Shown in pieces: positions 55,871 through 64,000 of a DNA stretch of 64,000 nt. Every line of letters begins with the position of its first letter. The stretch's first letter is position 1. The DNA comes from an uncultured bacterium (GTDB lineage Bacteria > Verrucomicrobiota > Kiritimatiellia > CAIKKV01 > CAITUY01): the NCBI GenBank assembly GCA_903908715.1, contig CAIVSY010000041.1:11314-75313 (forward strand), in the 5' to 3' direction. The position numbers were made by a program, and so were the translations under genes. Below the pieces are notes generated by a model. The model searched no databases and was not told the DNA's origin. It saw only the letters and a program-made list of their open reading frames with translations.

Positions 55871-56944
55871 TCAGACACCCATTGTCTTCTTCAAGGTTTC
55901 CACGAAGTACTTGTAGTTCGCCCACGGAACGTCCGGCGGAATGAGGTGGTCAAACCCCGGTATCCATCCCCCGCGAGCCAGCAGGCGCTCGGCGCGATTC
56001 AGTTCGCGGTGCATCTCGGGCTTGCCGGCGGCCAGTGCGCGCTTGTCCAGGCCGCCCATCAATCCCAGTTTGGGATAATTCCTGCCGAATGCCTCGACAT
56101 CGCTACCCGCCTGCGCCTCGAAGGGCATGAACGCATTGACACCATGCCGGGTGACTACGGCGAGGACCTCGTCCACCTGGCCATCCGAATCCACGGAGAG
56201 GATCTCGACGCCGTGTGCTTTGGCAAAGGCGGCGATCCGGTCGTAGCACGGCATCATGAATTCCTCCATCAGGGCTGGAGATATGAGGCTGCCCTGCTTG
56301 CCGGACATATCCTCCCAGATATGGATGTGGTGGATATGGACGCGTGCGGCCACCCGCTCATAGAGCCCCAGCCAGAGGCTGGTCAGGGTGTTCATCATGT
56401 CGTGAACCATTTCGGGATCATCATAGAACGCGAGCAGGGATTCCTCCGTGCCCAGGAGATCGCGGACGGTTCCGTACATTCCCCAGGGATAGGTTCCCGC
56501 CTGGATGGCCGCATCGGTTCCCCGCACGGACTGGACGAACTCTTCCAGCATCGCCGTCCGTTCTTCCAGCCGCGGTTCGAGCCGCTCCGCCTTGTAGCGC
56601 TCCCAGTCAGAACGGGACTTGACGGGATGCCCTACCCACTCAGGCATGGACATGCCATCCAGCCGGTTCCGCACGGTCAGGCCGCGGGAGTCCGTTGTCA
56701 CGACGAATTCGGCATCCCGTGACAATTCCAGGGATGGGAAATGCGGGAAAGCGCCGTATTCCAGCTGTGGCAGGTGGAAGAACGGCTCGAAGCCGAAGAA
56801 CGCCGCCACGTCATCGGGGCCGCCTTCCGTTTGCCAGCGCTGCATCGTCTGGCCCCAGGGAATAAATCCCAGCCACCACGAAAACGGGGCGCGGTCCGTC
56901 TTGCCGCACAGCAGGGTTTGTACGATCCTGTCCGCGTGATTCAT
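55871..56944 (-). CDS. Uroporphyrinogen decarboxylase (URO-D) family protein
   Basis: Met14 start. URO-D-like TIM barrel blocks. Family-level only. Confidence 0.55.
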   Translation of the reverse strand: MNHADRIVQTLLCGKTDRAPFSWWLGFIPWGQTMQRWQTEGGPDDVAAFFGFEPFFHLPQLEYGAFPHFPSLELSRDAEFVVTTDSRGLTVRNRLDGMSMPEWVGHPVKSRSDWERYKAERLEPRLEERTAMLEEFVQSVRGTDAAIQAGTYPWGMYGTVRDLLGTEESLLAFYDDPEMVHDMMNTLTSLWLGLYERVAARVHIHHIHIWEDMSGKQGSLISPALMEEFMMPCYDRIAAFAKAHGVEILSVDSDGQVDEVLAVVTRHGVNAFMPFEAQAGSDVEAFGRNYPKLGLMGGLDKRALAAGKPEMHRELNRAERLLARGGWIPGFDHLIPPDVPWANYKYFVETLKKTMGV

Positions 56945-56967
56945 CCGGCGATGCACTCCGTGCCGCC

Positions 56968-58062
56968 TCAGGCGCCTTTCCACATGCGGATATAGTCGCG
57001 GGCGATCTTCAGATCTTCCACGGCCTCGGCTGCGACGCAGGGTGGCGCGATTTCGCCGCGGCAGACCTTTACGAAGTTGATCGCCTGCTGGCGCATGGCG
57101 TGGACCCAGGGCAGGGAGGGGATTGTCCGGGCGGGTGTGGCATTGCCCGGATCGGCGAAAACCTCAACCCGGCCCGGGCGGTTGATCGTGGTGGGCGCGG
57201 GCAGTTCGATCTTCAGGTATCCGTTTTCGAACGCCACGAGGATGCTCTCCTCCCAGTCCACGGTGGTGCGATAGGGGGTCATCTCGATAGTGCCGGTCAC
57301 GCCTGACTGGCTTTCCACCGCCAGGAGCACGCCGGCCTTGTCGGCGAAGGTGACCTTGTAGGGTTCGCCGAGCATGAAGCGCATGTAGTTCACCTGGTGG
57401 ATGTAGTAATTCACAAACCGCACATATTCGGCGGCGAGTCCTTCCCATTCCCAGGCCGGGGAGCCTTCCTTGGCGCCGGGAAGTCCGATCATGGCGGCGG
57501 TTTCGCGCGCGATAGGCTGCGTGGGCTCGTCGCCTGCGTTCAAGATGCCGACAAGGCCGTTGGCGGTCCAGTCGCCCGCGGGCATCAGGATGCGCACATA
57601 TTTGAGTTTGCCCATCTCGCCGGTTTGCTTCCATTTCCGGATCACTTCCAAGGCGTATGCCGTGGCCGGGTCCGACCTCTTGTGGTAGCCGACCATGTGA
57701 ACCGTCCTGGTTTTTTCCGCCAGGGCGGCCAGGGTTTCGCCGGCCTTCACGCCCACGGTCAGCGGTTTCTCCGTGAAGACGTTCTTCACCTTCCCATACA
57801 CCTCGGGCAGCAGCGTGGCATGCACGTCGAACTGCTGGCTGGCCACGACGCCGTCGAGTTTTTCGGCGGCGAGCATATCCTGGTGGTTCTTGTAGACCTT
57901 CGGGATGCCCATGCGGGTTCCGACCAGCTGGCCGGTCTTCTCGCGGACTTCGGCGAGGGCCACGACCTCGCACTCCGGGATGGTCAGGTAATTGCGCAGG
58001 TGCGCCCGCTGTCCCATTCCGCCCACGCCGATGAAACCGATTCTAACCTTCTTCTCGCTCAT
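56968..58062 (-). CDS. Gfo/Idh/MocA family oxidoreductase
   Basis: RIGFIGVGGMGQRAHL Rossmann motif and EKPLTVGVKAGETL. Confidence 0.85.
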   Translation of the reverse strand: MSEKKVRIGFIGVGGMGQRAHLRNYLTIPECEVVALAEVREKTGQLVGTRMGIPKVYKNHQDMLAAEKLDGVVASQQFDVHATLLPEVYGKVKNVFTEKPLTVGVKAGETLAALAEKTRTVHMVGYHKRSDPATAYALEVIRKWKQTGEMGKLKYVRILMPAGDWTANGLVGILNAGDEPTQPIARETAAMIGLPGAKEGSPAWEWEGLAAEYVRFVNYYIHQVNYMRFMLGEPYKVTFADKAGVLLAVESQSGVTGTIEMTPYRTTVDWEESILVAFENGYLKIELPAPTTINRPGRVEVFADPGNATPARTIPSLPWVHAMRQQAINFVKVCRGEIAPPCVAAEAVEDLKIARDYIRMWKGA

Positions 58063-58111
58063 TGTGTCTTAGCCTTTCTTCTCAGTCTGATTTGGTGAGT
58101 TCTGGATTTGT

Positions 58112-59530
58112 TTATGCCTTTGCCAGTTTTCCGAACCGGTTGGCGATCGCCAGGGCCGGGTCGAGCGGGACTTCCTTCCGTTTGACATTCTTTTGGACGG
58201 TGATGGCGGGCACTGCGCGCAATGACTTGCCGGCGAACTGCGGCAGGTACTTTGCTTCCGCCTCCATCATTTCGGCGACCATCTTGCGGATCTCGTCCAG
58301 CGTCAGCACCGCGGAGGTGAGCGGATCGAGCGCGACGGCCTGCATCACCAGTTCCGGATCCCCGGTGAAGCTGGCTTCCACGGCCAGGCCCTGAACGAGG
58401 ACGTTCGTCATATTCAGGGCGGCGCACTGGGGAGGCAGGTTGCCGATGACGGTGGGGTGGAGCCCTGTACGGTCCACGTAGATCGGGACTTCCACGCAGC
58501 AGCCGTTGGGCAGGTTCGTGATGAAGCCGTCGTTGCGGATGTTGCCGTTCAGGCGGAACACGTTCCCCGTCTCCTTCGCCTCGATGATGTGTGAGCAGTA
58601 CTCCGCGCTGCGCGGCCCCAGCTTGGTTGACTCGATAGAGAGTGGATCCATTTTGGCGAACTTGTCGGCCAGCATGGCGCAATACTTGTAGTAGGCGCCG
58701 GTTTCGCCGCCGAAAGCCGGCTCATCGCAATACAGGTCGAGCGCCTTCTTGTTCTTCCGGAAATAGGGGAGGTATTCCGAGAGGTGGCCCGTGCTTTCGG
58801 TCATGAAATAGCCGAAATGGCGCATGACCTCGGCGCGGACCTTCTCGTTCACGTAGTAGCCGGGCTTCTCGAAGTTTGCCTTGAGTAGCGGATACAGGTC
58901 CTTGCCCTTGTGTTCCAGGTGGAGGAACCAGGCCATGTGGTTGATACCGGCGGCGGTGAAGTCGATCTCGTCCTTCGGCACGTCGACGTAGCTGGAGATC
59001 AGGTCCATGGTGGTTTGGACCCCGTGGCAGAGGCCGACAAACTGCAGGCCGGGTACGCGTCCGAGCGCCCAGCAGCACATGGCCATGGGATTGGCGTAGT
59101 TGAACAGGATTGCGTTCGGACAGAGTTCCTGCATGTCGCGGGCGATTTCCAGCAGGGCCGGTATATGGCGCAGGGCGCGGAATACCCCGCCCGGGCCCAT
59201 GGTGTCGGCGATGCAGTTATCCACGCCGTACTTCATGGGGATCTCGTAGTCCTGCTTGAACTCCGCCACGCCGCCCGCCTGGATCATCACCACCACGTAG
59301 TCCGCGCCCTTCAGGGCCTCGCGGCGGTCGGTGGTGGCCTTGACGGTCGCGTTCGCGCCGTTGTCCTTGATCATGCGCTTGACGAAATCCTGCATCTTGT
59401 CCAGCCGCTCGTGGCTCAGGGCCATCAGCCGGTATTCACTGCCCTTCAGGGCTGGAGTGGCCAGGAAATCGGCCATGAGTGTCTTGCAGAAAACCAGACT
59501 GCCTGCCCCGATCATCGCGATCTTTGCCAT
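58112..59530 (-). CDS. Glycoside hydrolase family 4 (NAD/Mn-dependent alpha-galactosidase/alpha-glucosidase)
   Basis: Start at MAKIAMIGAGS after GGAG. GH4 blocks NYANPMAMCCWAL and GLCHGV. Confidence 0.88.
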   Translation of the reverse strand: MAKIAMIGAGSLVFCKTLMADFLATPALKGSEYRLMALSHERLDKMQDFVKRMIKDNGANATVKATTDRREALKGADYVVVMIQAGGVAEFKQDYEIPMKYGVDNCIADTMGPGGVFRALRHIPALLEIARDMQELCPNAILFNYANPMAMCCWALGRVPGLQFVGLCHGVQTTMDLISSYVDVPKDEIDFTAAGINHMAWFLHLEHKGKDLYPLLKANFEKPGYYVNEKVRAEVMRHFGYFMTESTGHLSEYLPYFRKNKKALDLYCDEPAFGGETGAYYKYCAMLADKFAKMDPLSIESTKLGPRSAEYCSHIIEAKETGNVFRLNGNIRNDGFITNLPNGCCVEVPIYVDRTGLHPTVIGNLPPQCAALNMTNVLVQGLAVEASFTGDPELVMQAVALDPLTSAVLTLDEIRKMVAEMMEAEAKYLPQFAGKSLRAVPAITVQKNVKRKEVPLDPALAIANRFGKLAKA

Positions 59531-59674
59531 ACCGACTCCTTTTTCCGTAATTGCTTTTTCAGAAACAGTGTCCGTCGTTTCCACGCGGAATATGCAGGCT
59601 GTATTCACTCATTTTTCCGGGTTCAGGGCAATGATTGGCATTGCTTTTTTTTGTCAGAAATTGCTTCATGGGGC

Positions 59675-60439
59675 ATGTTCGCGGACGGTCACATTCTTCA
59701 CGCGTGTCTTTTGCAATGCGGCCAGGTTTTGCCGGATCCGGCCTGGCATATTCCTCTCTCGCATCATGACTATCACGAGATGATCCTGGTGATGGATGGG
59801 GCGGTGGTGGTGGGCAGCCGGGGAGGCCGGATACGGGCGGGGGCCGGGTCGGTCCTGATTTATCCCGCCGGTGTGGAACATGAGGAATGGTCGGATGCCG
59901 GGCATCCGCTTCACAGCCTGTTCTTCTGTTTCGCCTGTCCGGGGATGGAAAAGATGTCGATCTCGGTGATCCAGGACGCCCGCGGGATTATCGGGGAGAT
60001 CGGGGCGCGGATGTACGCGGACCGTCATTCCTCCAGTCCGGCGGCCCGGATCCAGCGCGACGCGTTCCTGCAGGCGATCCTGGCGGAATTTCTCCGGAAT
60101 CTCGGGGGTGAAGACCAGCCCATGGTCGGCCAGGTGCGGCAGCACGTCCGGGATCACATCGCCGGGCGGCTGACGCTGGACGGGCTGGCGGGGGTCTGTG
60201 GCCTGAGCAAGTTCCATTTCCTGCGGCAGTACCGGATTGCCACGGGGCGGACGCCCATGGAGGATGTGCGCGCCATGCGGGCTGAATATGCCCGGGAACT
60301 GGTGATGAGCACGAGGCTGCCGCTCAAGGAGATTGCCTTGCGGACCGGGCTGGGGGATGAATATTCCCTCTCCAGGGTCTTTCGCCGGCTGTTCGATACG
60401 CCGCCCGGGCGCTATCGCCGCAACCGGCCGGGGCGGTGA
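59675..60439 (+). CDS. AraC-family transcriptional regulator (cupin + HTH)
   Basis: Internal Met of ORF 58910..60439. C-terminal AraC HTH (GLSKFHFLRQYRIATGRTPME ... LPLKEIALRTGLGDEYSLSRVFRRLFDTPPGRYR). Confidence 0.8.
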   Translation: MFADGHILHACLLQCGQVLPDPAWHIPLSHHDYHEMILVMDGAVVVGSRGGRIRAGAGSVLIYPAGVEHEEWSDAGHPLHSLFFCFACPGMEKMSISVIQDARGIIGEIGARMYADRHSSSPAARIQRDAFLQAILAEFLRNLGGEDQPMVGQVRQHVRDHIAGRLTLDGLAGVCGLSKFHFLRQYRIATGRTPMEDVRAMRAEYARELVMSTRLPLKEIALRTGLGDEYSLSRVFRRLFDTPPGRYRRNRPGR

Positions 60440-60538
60440 CCGGCAGGGTGCAACTTTTTTGAAGAAATTGCTGTTGGCAAGCGTTATGGTAGATGAGGGT
60501 CCAACGAATGGACCTGGTCGAAAGGAGCGATACCCGCC

Positions 60539-63500
60539 ATGTTCACCCGGAAGCTCACGTTTTTCGCCGCCCTTGTGGCTGTTGCCGCCGCGGTCACCAC
60601 CGCGTCCGCCCTGAGTTGGCAGAAGGTCTACGAAGCCCGCGACAAGGGTCTGCCGAAGACCGCCATCGAGGAGCTCAAGCCGATCATCGCGGATGCCATA
60701 CAGGGCCGCAGGCACGCCGAGGCGATCAAGGCCATCTGCATGAAGATCGCCTTCGAGGGCAACATCGAGGGCAACAAGCCGGAGGAGAAGATCACGCGGC
60801 TGGAGGCCGAAATCGCCCAGGCCCCGGCGGAGATGAAGCCCCTGATGGAAGCCGTTCTGGCCAACTGGTACTGGCACTACTTCCAGCACAACCGCTGGCG
60901 GTTCCAGCAGCGCACGCAGACCGCCGAGGCGCCGGGCAAGGACTTCACCACGTGGGATCTGCCCCGGATCCTGGCCGAGATCGACAGGCATTTCACCGTC
61001 GCGCTTGCCGGCGAAAAGCTTCTCAAATCCACGCCCGTGGAGCAGTACAACGACCTGCTGGAAAAGGGCTCTGTTTCGGACGCCTACCGTCCCACCTTGT
61101 TCGACTTCCTGGCGCATGAGGCCCTGCAGTTCTACCAGGCCGGTGAACAGGGCGCCGCGGCGGCGGAGGATGAGTTCGAGATCGCGGACGATAATCCGGT
61201 GTTCGGGACGGTGGATGAGTTCCTGAAGTGGAGGCCGGGGTTGTTCCCGTCGCAATCCGTTCCACGGAAGGACAAGGCTGGAGAAACGCCCGGTCCCTCT
61301 CCTCTTGCGGGAGAGGGTCAAGGTGAGGGGGATTCGCCCAAGCTCAAGGCGATCCGGCTGTTCCAGAACCTGCTGGCCTTCCATCGCAACGACGGCGACA
61401 AGACGGCCTTGATGGACGCCGACCTATGGCGGCTGACGTTCGGCAAGAACCAGGCGGTGGGGCCCGCCGTGAACGACCGGTACAAGGCCGCGCTCCAGCG
61501 GTTCGCGGAGCAGGGGTCCAGCCACGAGATTTCCGCCCGGGCCCTCCACCAGCTCGCGCTCCTGCTGAACGAGGAGGACCAGCCCGCCGAAGCGCATGCG
61601 GTGGCGAAACGCGGTGCCGAGGCCCACCCGAAGAGCGTCGGCGGTATCTGGTGCGCGAACCTTGTGCGGCAGATCGAGTCGGAGCAGGTCAATATCAGCA
61701 CCGAGCGGGTCTGGAATGAACCATGGCCAACGATTTCCGTCCAGTACAAGAACCTGACCCAGGCATACTTCCGCGCCGTACCCTACGACTTCGATCGGTT
61801 CATGTCCCGTCAGCGCTGGGGGTTCGGATATGGATGGGATGAGAAGTTCCACCAGGAACTCCTGACCGCCAAGCCTGCCGCGGCGTGGAACACGGCCCTG
61901 CCTGCCACCGCGGATTTCCGCATGCGGACCGAGAAGGTGCCGGTAGCCCGGGACCTCAAGCCGGGCTTCTATTTCATTCTCGCCAGCCACGACCCTGCGT
62001 TTGGCAAGAAGGACAACCAGGTTTCCATGGCGTATGTGTGGGTGAGCGAACTGGCGCTGGTGGTCCGGCAACGTCATTCGGAAGGCGCGTTGGATGGGTT
62101 CGTGCTCAAGGCCCTGACCGGCGAGCCGGTGGCCGGGGCCACGGTGCGGTCCTGGGCGCGCGACCGCGAGGGCTGGATGAAGCCCGCCTCGCAGGTACAG
62201 ACCGACACCAACGGCATGTTCCGGTTTGATGTCGCCGGGGACAGCCGCCAGCTCTTCCTTCTGGCGCAGAGCGACGGCCAGGCGGTGTCCGGCGACAATG
62301 AGTACTACGTGGCTCACGGCGGCAAGGTGGAGCCCCACCCCCAGGCCGTTTTCTTTACCGATCGTTCCCTGTACCGGCCCGGGCAGACTATCCAGTACAA
62401 GGGTATCTGCTATCGCGCGGACTCGGAGAAGAACGAATACCGGACGTTGGAGGGTCAGACCCTGACGGTCGTCTTGCGGGATCCGAACGGGAGGGAAGTA
62501 GCCAGGCAACAGCAGAAGTGCAACGACTACGGATCCTTCTCGGGAAGCTTCACCGCGCCCGGGGGGACGGTGACGGGCCGCATGACGCTGCAGGTGCTGG
62601 ATGGTCCGTCCGGGGCGACGAGTATCAGCGTGGAGGAATACAAGCGGCCGAAGTTCCAGGTGGAATTGGCGGCGCCGAAGGAAGCCGCGAAACTCGGTTC
62701 GGAGGTTTCCCTGTCCGGCAAGGCCACCGCCTACACCGGCGCGGCCATCGGCGGAGCGAAGGTCAAGTGGCGTGTCGTGCGCGAAGTGCAGTTCCCGCCC
62801 TGGTGCTGGTGGGGGCGCTGGTTCCTGCCGCCCGGCAGCGAGAGCCGTAACATCGCCCACGGCACGGCCACAACCGGTCCGGATGGATCCTTCACCGTGG
62901 TATTCCCGGCGGTGCCTGACCTTTCGGTGGTGGAGAAGACCGAGCCCGTGTTCTGCTTCAAGGTCCATGCCGACGTGACCGACACCACGGGTGAGACGCG
63001 GTCTGACAGCCGGACGGTGAAAGCCGGGTACACCGCACTCGCGGCGAATCTCCGCGCCGGCGAATGGCAGACGCCGGACGTGCCGGTGGAATGGACGATC
63101 CAGACGCAATCGCTCGACGGCGATCCGCAAGCCGCTGCGGGCGAGGTTAAGGTGTATGCGCTCAAGCAACCCGGCCGGGTCGAGCGTCCGCCGCTCGAAC
63201 AGGGGCGCCCCTACGGTTTTCCCCATTCCGATCGGTGGCTCGTCGAACCCGAGCCGGACCCTTCGAATGCGGATTCATGGGAATTGGGCGAAGTGGTGGC
63301 CCGGCAGGAGTTCAAGACCGACGCCACGGGAACGGTCAAGCTGACCACGCCTCTCAAAGCCGGGATCTACCGGGCGATGCTGGAGACCCGGGACCGGTTC
63401 GGGAAGGCGGTCACCGCCCGGCAGACCTTGCAGGTCCTGGATCCGAAGGGCACCCGCTACCCGGTCCGGTTGGCGAGCCACTTCGCCGCGCCGAAGTGGT

Positions 63501-64000
63501 CCGTCGAGCCGGGCGGGCGGTTTGTGGCGCTGTGGGGAACGGGCTATGACACCGGCCGGGCGTATGTGGAATTGGAACACCAGGGGCGGATCCTGCGCGC
63601 CTTCTGGACGGGCGAGGGGGCCACACAGGAGAAGATCGAGCAGGCGGTGGACGAGACCATGCGCGGCGGATTCAGCATCCGGGTCACCTATGTCCGCGAG
63701 AACCGGGCGCATCTGCAGAACCGCATCGTGGACGTGCCGTGGTCGAACAAGAAACTGGAAGTCCGGTGGGAACGATTCACCTCCAAGCTTGGTCCGGCGC
63801 AGAAGGACACGTGGACGGCGGTGGTGACGGGTCCGGATGCGAGGAAGGCCGTGGCGGAGATGGTGGCCACGCTGTATGACGCTTCACTTGACCAGTACCA
63901 GCCTTACGAGTGGATGCGCGGATTCGGAGTGTTCCGCCGCGAGTTCAGCCGCGTGCATCCGCAGTTCGAGAACGGCGTCGCCGGATTCCAGCACATTCAT
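60539..64000 (+). CDS. Alpha-2-macroglobulin family protein (3'-truncated by window edge)
   Basis: Manual translation from ATG 60539 (AAAGGAG 11 bp upstream) finds no stop through 64000, over 1150 aa. Sec signal MFTRKLTFFAALVAVAAAVTTASA. MG-domain signature EEYKRPKFQVEL. Absent from the ORF track because there is no stop in the window. Confidence 0.8.
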   Translation, partial: MFTRKLTFFAALVAVAAAVTTASALSWQKVYEARDKGLPKTAIEELKPIIADAIQGRRHAEAIKAICMKIAFEGNIEGNKPEEKITRLEAEIAQAPAEMKPLMEAVLANWYWHYFQHNRWRFQQRTQTAEAPGKDFTTWDLPRILAEIDRHFTVALAGEKLLKSTPVEQYNDLLEKGSVSDAYRPTLFDFLAHEALQFYQAGEQGAAAAEDEFEIADDNPVFGTVDEFLKWRPGLFPSQSVPRKDKAGETPGPSPLAGEGQGEGDSPKLKAIRLFQNLLAFHRNDGDKTALMDADLWRLTFGKNQAVGPAVNDRYKAALQRFAEQGSSHEISARALHQLALLLNEEDQPAEAHAVAKRGAEAHPKSVGGIWCANLVRQIESEQVNISTERVWNEPWPTISVQYKNLTQAYFRAVPYDFDRFMSRQRWGFGYGWDEKFHQELLTAKPAAAWNTALPATADFRMRTEKVPVARDLKPGFYFILASHDPAFGKKDNQVSMAYVWVSELALVVRQRHSEGALDGFVLKALTGEPVAGATVRSWARDREGWMKPASQVQTDTNGMFRFDVAGDSRQLFLLAQSDGQAVSGDNEYYVAHGGKVEPHPQAVFFTDRSLYRPGQTIQYKGICYRADSEKNEYRTLEGQTLTVVLRDPNGREVARQQQKCNDYGSFSGSFTAPGGTVTGRMTLQVLDGPSGATSISVEEYKRPKFQVELAAPKEAAKLGSEVSLSGKATAYTGAAIGGAKVKWRVVREVQFPPWCWWGRWFLPPGSESRNIAHGTATTGPDGSFTVVFPAVPDLSVVEKTEPVFCFKVHADVTDTTGETRSDSRTVKAGYTALAANLRAGEWQTPDVPVEWTIQTQSLDGDPQAAAGEVKVYALKQPGRVERPPLEQGRPYGFPHSDRWLVEPEPDPSNADSWELGEVVARQEFKTDATGTVKLTTPLKAGIYRAMLETRDRFGKAVTARQTLQVLDPKGTRYPVRLASHFAAPKWSVEPGGRFVALWGTGYDTGRAYVELEHQGRILRAFWTGEGATQEKIEQAVDETMRGGFSIRVTYVRENRAHLQNRIVDVPWSNKKLEVRWERFTSKLGPAQKDTWTAVVTGPDARKAVAEMVATLYDASLDQYQPYEWMRGFGVFRREFSRVHPQFENGVAGFQHIH

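Noticed and set aside
54509-56722. 737-aa plus-strand ORF
   Set aside because: Antisense to the FG-GAP and URO-D genes. Low complexity and rich in Arg, Gly, Pro and Val. A high-GC shadow ORF.
58910-59674. N-terminal 255 aa of ORF 58910..60439
   Set aside because: Overlaps GH4 on the opposite strand. The AraC cupin/HTH begins at the internal Met at 59675.
59666-63226. Minus-strand ORFs of 572 and 600 aa
   Set aside because: Both are antisense to the alpha-2-macroglobulin ORF. Arg/Gly-rich with no motifs. The plus-strand frame has clear A2M signatures.
1-64000. CRISPR arrays, rRNA genes and prophage structural genes
   Set aside because: No regularly spaced short direct repeats and no rRNA-like conserved stretches were seen. 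No capsid or terminase-like ORFs were seen. The only mobile-element signatures are the integron remnant and the tRNA-Gln repeat.

Overview
High-GC (~64%) chromosomal window from an unidentified bacterium (the gene content resembles Verrucomicrobia, Kiritimatiellae or Lentisphaerae, but this is not established). It contains the replication-origin region: dnaA-dnaN with flanking DnaA boxes, then tRNA-Gln, and mnmE-mnmG further downstream. Contents in order: (i) 1-6.6 kb is a glycan biosynthesis operon with translationally coupled ATGA overlaps: GT2 C-terminus, fused ABC exporter, GT4, GT32-like, GT4, and a GT10 alpha-1,3-fucosyltransferase. (ii) An orphan ExbD, a HEAT/YbjN-like protein, a nitroreductase-TspO fusion, QueG, a Spy/CpxP-like protein and an M24 peptidase. 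(iii) dnaA, dnaN and tRNA-Gln(CTG); the 3' 37-43 nt of the tRNA are duplicated about 790 bp downstream, bracketing a lone hexapeptide acetyltransferase. (iv) A sugar catabolism block: xylose-isomerase-like TIM-barrel proteins, Gfo/Idh/MocA oxidoreductases, a lone MalK-type ATPase and a 2-hydroxyacid dehydrogenase. (v) mnmE and mnmG; mnmG carries an in-frame palindromic repeat insertion. (vi) An MsbA-like exporter, znuCB-like genes, and a second polysaccharide locus: acetyltransferase, flippase-like protein, large GT-C-like membrane protein, epimerase, HAD hydrolase, ferredoxin/flavodoxin and UDP-glucose dehydrogenase. (vii) The main finding, at 40.87-46.9 kb: a degenerate chromosomal integron-like cassette array. 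It has a truncated tyrosine-recombinase (IntI-like) N-terminal fragment on the minus strand and at least 9 plus-strand cassettes separated by attC-like imperfect palindromes. The R'' (AAC) cores match the GTT-NNNN start of the same cassette at 7 of 8 boundaries. The cassettes encode a lipoprotein, an alpha/beta hydrolase and five type II TA pairs in tandem (BrnTA, VapBC, MazEF, Phd-RelE, Phd-VapC), plus small membrane ORFs. (viii) A STAS plus response-regulator-PP2C partner-switching pair, and a catabolic cluster: MBL hydrolase, two URO-D-like proteins, CoA-acylating aldehyde dehydrogenase, NagA, FG-GAP protein, Gfo/Idh/MocA, GH4 and AraC. (ix) A long alpha-2-macroglobulin-family ORF starts at 60539 and runs off the window end. 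The ORF track misses it because it has no in-window stop. No CRISPR array and no rRNA were seen.
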